Part shown: positions 15,401 to 25,200 of the stretch, piece after piece
Numbering within the stretch: position 1 is the first letter of the stretch
Layout of the letters: every line of letters begins with the position of its first letter
Assembly: GCA_903813345.2 (NCBI GenBank)
Contig: CAIIXF020000001.1
Location: forward strand, 3,534,001 to 3,598,000
Direction: 5' to 3'
Origin: Owenia fusiformis
Lineage: Eukaryota
Length of the DNA stretch: 64,000 bases
The notes under the pieces: model-generated
The model's input: only the letters and a program-made list of their open reading frames with translations
Database searches by the model: none
Told to the model about the DNA's origin: nothing
Made by a program: the position numbers and the translations under genes

Positions 15401-17223
15401 ATTTGTTTTTCTAAATTGAGCCAATATTCTCAAATGAGGTTTCAAAAATGATTTTTACACTGAGCAATTACAACAATGAGTTTCAAAAGTCTAAAAAATT
15501 CAACTTATCAAATGGAATTTATTAATATAGTGTTCAGTTAGTTACCAGTGTCAGTCTAAATGTTATTGAGTTCTGTACAAAATATATACATGTTCTACAT
15601 TGTATAAAATAATTTTCAGAATTTCTGAAATAGTTTTTAACTTCATTTGATTCAATTGGTACAGATTAAACAAAACAGCAAAAGGTCATCTATCTGGGTA
15701 ATTGATAACTTACTCTAAACGATCACATGAATGAAATAGCAAAGCCTGTCACTTATCTGGGTAAATGTTGAATATATTGTAAACGTTATAGAATGAATAT
15801 CAACTGTTCCAGAGCCACAGGAAATTGTTAAGGTGGATGAAAAAATTACTAAAAATATTCTGGGTGTACTACATACCATTTGGGAGATCAGCTTGTGGTT
15901 GTGGTGCACTCCGAGTTGGCCGTTGTTGTTGCTGTTGTTTTTGTTGTGCCTTATATGCAGTAAATGGCACATCTGCAGGTGGCGATACAAAAGGCCGACT
16001 GCGGTCACTCTGTGTCTGACCCAGGCCACCTGGCTGGAATGTTGGCGTACTATGTCGGAAGTTTGATGAGGTATCTTGTTGAATTTGTGGAGTCCTCAAT
16101 GATTTTTCATGCTGTTCATACTGTTCTCTGTAGAAATCATTGACTTGCTGAAAACATAGAGCAACACTGAATCCTCTAATCCTGTTCTTGCTATTATACT
16201 GAAGAGACTACCACACTAATGGGTAAACAATAATGTTTCTGACAAATCACAAATCTTTTATAATTTCTTCTTGACATCACAATTGGAGAAAATGTAATTT
16301 TTAGATTCTTAACTTAATGACATAATTATTATAGACTTGCTTTGATTCTGGGGCGATTACTACATTAAGTTACCTGATTTTGGTGAGATGTGCTGGGTGA
16401 ACCATCTTCAATCTGTGTTGTGACAGGACTTTGACTTCTAGAGAACATCCATGATGGAAGATATTCCTTCACTCGACCAAACAGAGTCTGTAATAACAAT
16501 GTGCACAGATGTATTGATCACTTTATTCAAAATATGACAATGGCCTAGCTTCCATTAACATGTGGATCTACATGTACCTCAAAGAGCTGGCAGATAATTG
16601 GTTAAATTGAAAATTGGAGCTTTATCTATCAGCGTTTGTCTGTCTATTTTAATATAAAATGCAAGCAAAATTTGAATGAAAAATCCTTGAACATAGGGCA
16701 AAGGGGGTAACAACTACGTGAGGTTACTGACACATGGCACTTGGTAAAAATTTAAACTTCTTACTCACGCCATATTTGATTTTGGAAAAAATAAATCTTG
16801 CAAGATCTCCATTCGTGCAATATCTCCATTCATGCAAGAAAACTTGGATTCTTTAGAATCAGGAAATAGAGCCAATATGACTTTATGATCAACACAGTGT
16901 CGAAGTGACCCCATACGTCGGAATTACCAAAACTCCGTTGTAGATATCACTGTTCTTTTGCTTGTCTCTACTCAGACGCATTTTTTTAATTTCTGTAATT
17001 CCTCAATTGAAATCAAGTTAATTGACTTTATCCGTTCAAAACATTCTGAATATACAATATGAGCCACCAAACATAATGATTGATTCAATGAAAACTGATT
17101 TTTGAAATTTTTTTAATTTTATTTCAAAATTTTGGAAAGTTGACTGACCTTTTTACGCGCATACGGCTTCGGCGGGGCATTATTTCGCCTCTGTTTGATC
17201 TTTCCTCCGCCTTCCTGTGACAT
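6417..17223 (-). CDS. Nup153: Nuclear pore basket nucleoporin Nup153, 20 coding exons: 17149-17223, 16374-16487, 15877-16147, 14733-14939, 14410-14552, 13908-14030, 13577-13702, 13316-13375, 12887-12946, 12554-12726, 12098-12440, 11715-11847, 11290-11522, 8920-10870, 8353-8484, 7890-8033, 7557-7637, 7116-7216, 6755-6939, 6417-6525 (about 1587 aa)
   Basis: N-terminus MSQEGGGKIKQRR...PKPYARKK and amphipathic LFGRVKEYLPSWMF. Nup153 motifs STSGCSS, PSFNTSIFG, SPYYPGKTTFGGAA and TAKRIMDTLEKMSTPLNDAKKIP. Five RanBP2 zinc fingers, a long FxFG region, and a basic C-terminus RTIKRAVRRTRPK*. All introns are GT-AG with matching phases; summed CDS is 4764 nt, divisible by 3. Confidence 0.95.
10170..10820 (-). 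other. Five tandem RanBP2-type (W-x-C-x2-C-x3-N-x6-C-x2-C) zinc fingers in Nup153 exon 14
   Basis: WECPTCMINN, WECEVCMINN, WECPTCMVNN, WECPTCMIIN and WDCDTCMVTN, each followed by CxxC, in ORF 8843..10888. Confidence 0.93.
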
Positions 17224-17299
17224 GCCTGCCTACAGGCTCCAATTGTAGCTTAGATCTTGAAATATTCCTTATTTTAGAAGAAAATATCTCTTGTCACGT

Positions 17300-17395
17300 T
17301 ATTTTGAGACAAAGATGGCGGCAAAGACTCTGCAATATGATTGGCCAGGATTTCCAGGGCTTTACGTCACTTCCTCAAATTTTGCCGGGAAATTC
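17300..17395. promoter_or_regulatory. Probable Nup153 core promoter (TATA-less, housekeeping type)
   Basis: About 90-170 bp upstream of the ATG: YY1 motif AAGATGGCGGC (17312-17322), CCAAT box (ATTGG, ~17340) and composite CRE-half/ETS motif ACGTCACTTCC (17364-17374). Confidence 0.5.
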
Positions 17396-17466
17396 AAAAT
17401 ATGTTCCATATCAAGATACCATCATTGAATCATTGTTTTTATCATTAAATTTCATGTTTTCAAACA

Positions 17467-17676
17467 TAGGGGTAGCCAGGGGTTGCGATGGGTGCACACC
17501 AAAAAAAGTAATTTGTAAGATTTGCTGAAAAACATCAAGAAATAATTAATTGTAGTTTGAAATGTTTAGAATGCATCCATGGGGATTTTAAAGAATTCTG
17601 GGGGTTTGGGGTTCGCTTCGCTCAAAGTGATGCAATCCAAAAATCGCACCCTTTGACAATTGCTGGCTACGCCCTG
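17467..17676. mobile_element. Short non-autonomous TIR element (GGGGTAGCCAG...CTGGCTACGCCCTG)
   Basis: Terminal inverted repeats with imperfect flanking duplication TCAAACA/TCAAATA. Confidence 0.55.
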
Positions 17677-17851
17677 TCAAATAAGAAAATGAATAAACCG
17701 TTTACATAAAAAACATATATGTAAATAATATCCTAATAACGATGACGATGATGATGGTGTATGAATATATAAGGAAATATTTTGATTCGAGTTCCTTAAA
17801 GATTAATCAACAGCATCTTTGGCGATGATGATAAGTCTTTAATGCACTACG

Positions 17852-18031
17852 CAGGCCCGTAGCAAGAGGGGGAGCTAGGGGAGCGGAAGCTCCCCCCTGG
17901 CCAAAAATTCTTTCAAAATCATGCAGTTTTCACCATTCTGAGAATTTTTGATGATTTTTTGCCAATATCGTAAAAAAGCTCCCCCCCTGGAAAAAAGCTC
18001 CCCCTCCTGGTAAAAGCTGGCTACGGGCAAG
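17852..18031. mobile_element. MITE with CAGGCCCGTAGC termini, same family as 50592-50770
   Basis: TIR CAGGCCCGTAGC...GCTACGGGC. Its internal AAAATCATGCAGTTTTCACCATTCTGAG occurs reverse-complemented at ~50675-50703. Imperfect 5-bp TSD CTACG/CTATG. Confidence 0.65.
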
Positions 18032-18198
18032 CTATGCACCCCTGTACTGGGTGCATTATCTTCAACACAGTGTTCAATATCAATAAACCGTCCATATCAC
18101 TACAAATTATTCTGGATTAAAAAAATTTCAAGATAAGCTAAAATCGCTGAGCGTTATTTCAAAACTTATTCTAGGATTGCCGGAACCTTTGGCATTTA

Positions 18199-21100
18199 TA
18201 GTCCAGTAAAAAACACAAAAATAAAGGAAAAAATTGCAAAATTTTTTAAACCTGGTGAAATCAATGTGTCTTGGTAAGTAAAAAAACATATCAAAAATCT
18301 AGAAAAATCTAAGAAGTGGAAGACTATGAATTTTCGTGCTGAAGATACCCCCCTCAATGGCCCCCCAAAATGACTACAATTTATTTTTAAAAAAATTATC
18401 ACACTACTTTCTTTTTAAAGTGTCCCTTGTTTTTTCATGTATGTATTAGAAATATATCAAAATTGATAGTTTCATAGAAGAAAGTTTGAAAATATTCAGA
18501 AAATTTCATATTTGTATGTGTACATGACCTTACCTTGTATGCATTTTCACCCATTTTTCTCTATAAATGCCTATAATTTGATCATTAGACATAGTGATGA
18601 CTTTTAAAAATTCACGAGAGTTGTCCTTCTATCAGATATGAGACACCATGAATATCAGATCTGTAGGTAAATTTGTTTGACAGAAAAAAATTATTTAAGT
18701 TCTTATAATTTGTTCATTTTCTAGGGCCAGTTTTAGGGTCAGGATGAGCGCAATATCAATACATCATCCTTTTAAAATAAGAGGTATATCAACCAAATAT
18801 TCAACATATTATTGTGCCAATGATGTGTAAAATACAATAAAATATAATTTTGTAGATGAACAGAAAAAATTTATGTTCTTAATTTTGACAATTCTAACAT
18901 CATGGGGCAGGGGTGAATTGAAAAGTGGGCGTGGCACTTTTTGGTTACATTTCCGATTTATTTTATGTTGGTAGTGTTATCACAGTCATTTTCATTGGGT
19001 CATCGATCCCATTATCGTCAATTGATCATAATTGGTCAATAGTAACAATGGGTCGCAAATTACTCACAGTAGGTCATAGTAACAAAACGTGATTATGTAA
19101 AATGTGGGCGGGCCAGGGACACCTACTTATTATCTTAACTACATTTTTACTTTAAAAGATTATCAAAGGAGCTCAAACAATTTTCAATCTAATTGTTCCG
19201 CCTGTAATTATCACAAATGTTCTTATTTTTTTATTAAGTGCTTCAGCAATAGCCTGATAAGTGAAAATATAAATAATGTGACCTCAACCGCTAAAATAAG
19301 CTGAGGTGCTGACTAAGTTGCGATCCCATTCAATTCATGTCATTTGCAATATATTGACTATGAGAGTATTCTACCATATGTATGTTTAGAGTCCATGTTG
19401 TAATGTTGATTCAAAACTCTGCACTGTGTTCCAATCCCCAGAGAACATGCGGCTCAACCCCTAGAAAGTAACATCCCATACCTTAATATGGTAGAGCACT
19501 TAGACTATATAAGATAGTTCAGCTACCAGATCCTAAGATGGTACAGTCTACAAACTCTAAATTTGGGCACAGCCTTCAGAGTCTTAAGAGGGGAACAGCC
19601 TCCAGAGACTAAAATGGTTCAGCCTCCATTGTCAAAGATGGTTATAGCCTTAAGAATCTAAGATTGTACAGAATCCAAAGTCTAAGATGAATACATCCTC
19701 CAGAATCTAAGATGGTACAGCTTCTGAAGTCTTAGATGAATACATCCTAAACAGAATTTAAGATAGTACAGCCTCCAGAGTCTAGGATGAATACATCCTT
19801 CAGAATCTAAGAGGGTACATCCTCCAGAGTCTAAGATGAATGCATATTCCAGAATCTAAGATAGTACAGCCTCCAGAGTCTAAGATGAATTCACCCTCCA
19901 GAATCTAAAATGGTACAGCCTCCAGAGTTTAAGATGAATACATCCTTCAGAATCTAAGATGGTACAGTCTCAAGAGTCTCAAGATGGCTCAAGAGCCTCA
20001 GCCTCCAAAGTCTAAGATGAATACATCCTCCAGAATTTTAGATAGTACAGCCTCCAGAGTCTTAGATAAATATATCCTCCAGAATCTAAGATGGTACAGC
20101 CTCCAGAGTCTAAGATGAATACATCCTTCAGGATCTAAGATAGTACAGCCTCCAGAGTCTAAGATGAATATATCCTCCAGAATCTAAGATGGTACAGCCT
20201 CCAGAGTCTAACATGAATACATCCTTCAGGATTTAAGATAGTACAGCCTCCAGAGTCTAAGATGAATACATCCTCCAGAATCTAAGATGGTACAGCCTCC
20301 AGAGTTTAAGATGAATACAATCAATACATCCTTCAGAATCTGAGATGGTGCTTGCAATCTCTACCCATACAAGTGGGTCAACAAGGCCCCAACATACTTT
20401 AACACCTAGAAATTGATCATTGACCTTGGAATGACTTTGACCCATAACATTGACCTTGACTTCAGGTTACCTTATCATTGGTCGTCAAGGGTCACAGCAT
20501 CCGCCCAGGATCTTAAAATGCCAAATACCGAGATATTGACCTATGATCTTAATAGGGTACTCATTGATCCACTAAGAATATTGATCAAGCATGATGACTC
20601 AAGGTTGAAGGGTCTAGAAGGGGATATCCAGAGAGACAGAGAGTGAGAGACATGGCCTGGCGTATTTTGTAGTAAGAATATACTACAGTAGCAAAGCATG
20701 TGTCTTAACAAACATCATTATCAGTTAAGTTGCCATAACAACCATGTATCAATATTATCCAAACTTAATTTTGTTAGAATCATACACAAAATAACTCTTG
20801 AAAAGTGAATGTAATTGGAACAACCTGTTAAGATATAAGGATTATTTGAAATGATCTCTAGCCACTATTTGCATTCATCATTATGTTGTGTTACTATGGC
20901 AACCATTTGACCAATCATGTTCAGACTTAATTACCATATCAATTTATAATATCTGTATTCATAACCCCTATAAATTATGACTGTGATTGATACTGTCAAA
21001 ATAAAATTGTTAGAAAATGTAACCAAAAGTAACACACCCACTTTTTAGTAGATTGAGCAGTAGTCACCAAATATCAAGTCCAGAGTCATAGACATCCATG

Positions 21101-21598
21101 AGTTCATCATTTTTATCATGTTATCTTATTGACAACTCCCTAAATATGTTTCAAAGGTCAAATTTGTGTTCATTTGGAATAACTTAACTTAATAACTTAA
21201 TAAGATAAGCAGACATTTGTTTTTAAGGAAGCTTTGAATTTATCCAAAATATTCACAGCTTTTGTGTAATTAAATTGTGTTGCCATGGTAACCACTTCAC
21301 CAATCTACAGTATATCAAACTTGCCATGTTAACTGACTATGTATAGCTGCATGATCCCTGAAAATTTGAATGTGATTTGGGGTACATAACAGGAATTATT
21401 AAGGTTTATCAAAGTACCCCCTCATAAAAGTACCCCAGGGGGTATTAATGGTGATTTTCGAAGTTTTTCACTACTTAGATTTTTCTAGATTTTTGATATG
21501 TCTTTTAACCCATCATTGTGCATTGATTACACTAGGTTTAAATACTTTTGCAATTTTTTCCTTCATTTGTCAATTTTTGCCACGGTTTTACTGGACTA
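18199..21598. mobile_element. 3.4-kb non-autonomous DNA transposon with TAGTCCAGTAAAA termini, long imperfect TIRs and a 3-bp TTA TSD (Academ-like or PIF/Harbinger-like)
   Basis: 18199-~18325 is an imperfect reverse complement of ~21460-21598, with further inverted similarity between ~18925-18952 and ~21015-21041. TTA lies at 18196-18198 and 21599-21601. No transposase ORF. Confidence 0.8.
19480..20350. repeat. Minisatellite array with a 49-bp dimeric unit (25+24 bp): CAGCCTCCAGAGTCTAAGATGAATA-CATCCTCCAGAATCTAAGATGGTA
   Basis: Directly visible; period 49 (CAGCCTCC at 20097 and 20146). Degenerate at the left end, more homogeneous at the right. Confidence 0.92.
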
Positions 21599-22233
21599 TT
21601 AGCCTAGTGGAGACATTTCATTTCTGGAAATGTTAAATGAAGTTTATTTTGGGGGATTAAAGTTTCCAGTCGTAGCAATGTTTACATAAATGATAGAGAA
21701 TATCTTATGCTGTATCACTTTCAAAGTTGCATCTCTATTTGCATATTAACATATCTGGCTAGTTTGCAAGATAACGTTTAAATCGTTGCAATATATTGTT
21801 CATGTAATCCATCCAGAGAATAGATACATATTAATTTCATCTAGCCATTGCATACAATGGGGATAAAAATGAAGGTTATATTTATTTATTTGGTCCTGAT
21901 GCTGGCGGTTGGATTTACAACAGGTTTGAGCAACATGATATAATTTTTGAAATGAGAAACGTGACATCACTGAATGGCATGGTAAACTACTTAAGCAAAA
22001 ACAATTCTGAATGAAATAAATATTATACATCTTTAAAGTATAAAAAACAATAGATGGCAAAGCACTTCAAAAATATGATTTCAATATAATTTGTCATTTA
22101 TAAGATTTATATTGCGTCATGCTGCTAGCGGGTGTCAGTGAGGGTCTAAATGTGAAAGGGTGTCATCATGTGTCCTGACATAAAATATAATTATATTGTT
22201 TCGAACAATTATTAATCAATACAATATTTTCAG

Positions 22234-25200
22234 GAGCGGATAATGGGCATACATTTATTGGACCATTCACTGTGAAGGACGGAAACAATAGAGATCTGTT
22301 TTTTAAAATATACTACACCAAGGATAAACGTAATTCACTTTCTTGGTATAATGCAAAAGCATATTGCGAAGGAGAAAATGGTTATTTAGCAAAGCTCGAT
22401 TCTTCTCAAGCAAATGATGGAATAAAAAAGGCATTAGATGAACAAATAATAAGCTTACCTAATTTAAGTGCGAGCAAAGGTTTTTGGATTGGATTAATTC
22501 AAGATAGAAATGTAAGACAAAGTAGCAGTTATTACTGGATTGATGGTGAGCGTCTTTTGCATTTACACTGTGATATAGTAACTAAGTAATAGTTCATACA
22601 TTTTTACACGTCACTAGTAACTAAGTAATAGTTCATACATTTATAGTTCATACATTTTTACACTAGTAACTAAGTAATAGTTCATACACTTTTACACTAG
22701 TAATTAAGTAATAGTTCATACATTTTTACACTTCTTATCTTTAATATAATTTTACATGTTTTAAATTGAATAAACGTTGCATTCGCATAAATATTTCCAG
22801 AATTCAATTTTCAAAGCCTTGAATGCACAAGAAGCACGCAGTTGTCATGTAGAAGGGAGGCCACTGCGGGTGGAGAAAATACCAATGAAGAATCTTGCAG
22901 AAAGAATATGTGTTGTTGGACCGGGACAGAATGTGTATTCCCAAAAGGAACACCAAATAGTAAAAATATATACCTAGTACTACATTATTAAAAAACAAAT
23001 TAAAAAATATTATACTCCCTCTTTTGAAACCCTTCCTATTTGAAATAATATTAACGTAATATGACATTTCTATATGGATCTTTCAAAACAGTAGGTTATA
23101 CAGGGTGGGCCAAAAAACCCAATACCCAACTTTGAATCAGGATAAAAATAGCTATGTTCAATATTATACATTGATTTATATATCATTTTAAAGGTAATCC
23201 ATTTTCAAACAATTTGGTATATAACACTATGTCATGAAATCAATATTAAAGTTTTATTATACTTATTTGGGAGGCCGGGTTGCTTTTTAAGGTCTCCAGA
23301 TTTTAGGGAGAAAAAAGTAAATCTGCGGAATAATGTTAATTTTTTATTTATAGAATGTCATTTTGTTAGGTGAATACATGGTTCTATACGTGCATAGTGT
23401 GACTAAACGTTTTGTTTATGAATTTCAGTGTTGTTTACTATCATTAAGCACTCAAAAGGGGTCTGTTAAAAGACATTAAACATATATGTGACGAGGATTT
23501 TATTTTGTAACAAGACATTGCCTCGTACCATAGATCAAAGGAGACATTGGCATTCCTTTGTGAATAAGGTGTCAATTTGGTTGATCTTGATGCTTGACCA
23601 CCCACTAGCCCCGATGCTAATGTGGTTGATTGCCATACATGGAGCAATCTCAAGGAAATGGTACAATCACAAGCATCCAATAAACAGCATTGATGAGCTG
23701 AAACAGAATCCTAAAGTGCTAAAATGAATTGCAACAGAAATCTCTCAATAAGGCTATTGATAGATTGCACTACCACTTGAAGCTTATTGTTGACGCAGAG
23801 GGGGAAGGGGGGGGGGTGTATTGAGCAATTGTTAGAATTGGTTAAATAAATAAAGTGTAAAATGTTATTAAACAGCACTGCTATTTATAAACAATAAATA
23901 TAGTCACACAATGATGCAAATATCAATATCCAAGCATGTATTCACCTAACAAAAAATGATATTCTATAAATAAAAAATTAACATAATTCCTTAGATTTTG
24001 CTATTTTCCCCCTAATATCTGGAGACCTTAAATAGCAACCCGGCCTCCCAAATAAGTATAATAAAACTTTACTATTGATTTCATGACATATTGTTATATA
24101 CCAAATTGTTTGAAAATGTATAACCTTTAAAATGATATGTGAGTCAATGTACCATATTGAATGTAACTATTTTTATCCTGATTTGAAGTTGGGTATTGTT
24201 CTTTTTGGCCCACCCTGTATATTCATATATTGTGCCCAACAGTACGACAAGACAATTCATGTGAAGTAGAAGATAGATTCAGAGACGCTTGCAAAGGTAA
24301 CAATGGCAACCCTACAACATGCAGAGCAGATAAAGACTGTTGCTACCGGCGACCAAATGACAACCAGTATCCAACATGTTTCTACAAACATAGTTTACCA
24401 GGTCCACTGGGTGAGTCTTAAATTAAATCTATGATACATAGCATATACTTGTATAGTATAATATTGTAATCCCTTTGTGAAATAAGTTATCCGAAAAAAC
24501 TTTAAAAACTAAACTCCATGTTTAAACACTACAAAAGTCATCTCTTGTCAGATAAACTGTAAGAATACCTTTTTCAGTTCACGACCTCAGGAGTAAAAAC
24601 TCCAAGAGACCGATTAAAAATGAATTATAACCAAGAAAACGGTATCAAAAAGATGAATAACTATTTCAATTTTGAATGTTCCATAAAACATCATCACTGT
24701 CATTCCGACTGAAGTATCCAATTTTTAACATTTTAGGTTATACCGACTGGGGCATAGGTAAAGGAGGTACGGACTCAAATGATAGACGCTGTGGGATTCT
24801 ATGGCAAGATTTTAGTTGGCAATGGGATCACCAGAAGTGTCAAAGCAACAATGGAAACAATGTAGGATTCATCTGCCAATATCGTAAGTTGTTTCACCTT
24901 ATGTTGTAGTATACTACTATTTGTTTGGACATCGTATCATTAGAATTTAAAATGTATTATGATTTTAACACATTACATTCGAACATAGACTGGCTCACAA
25001 GTGAGTCAGTATTTTACATTGTACAATGTTATAAAGTTATAAACTATACGATATAAACTATATATATGCTACAAATTATAAACAATATATCTTTTAGGCT
25101 ATAAACTATACATTCCGATAAATTATAAACCATTTCAGCTGTCATGCCTTCCACTATCTCACCTTCTACAACAATGGAGCAAACCACAGCAGCGACAACA

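Noticed and set aside
19480-20350. Repeat array superficially like a CRISPR array
   Set aside because: Units are contiguous with no unique spacers, there are no cas genes, and the context is eukaryotic; it is a satellite.
18196-21636. Two similar short ORFs (…LDFSRFLIC…) on opposite strands
   Set aside because: Chance translations of the two TIRs of the 3.4-kb element, not genes.
21860-22140. Exact start codon of the lectin receptor
   Set aside because: A hydrophobic fragment LYCVMLLAGV at ~22105-22137 fits a signal peptide, but no phase-compatible upstream ATG exon could be fixed confidently.
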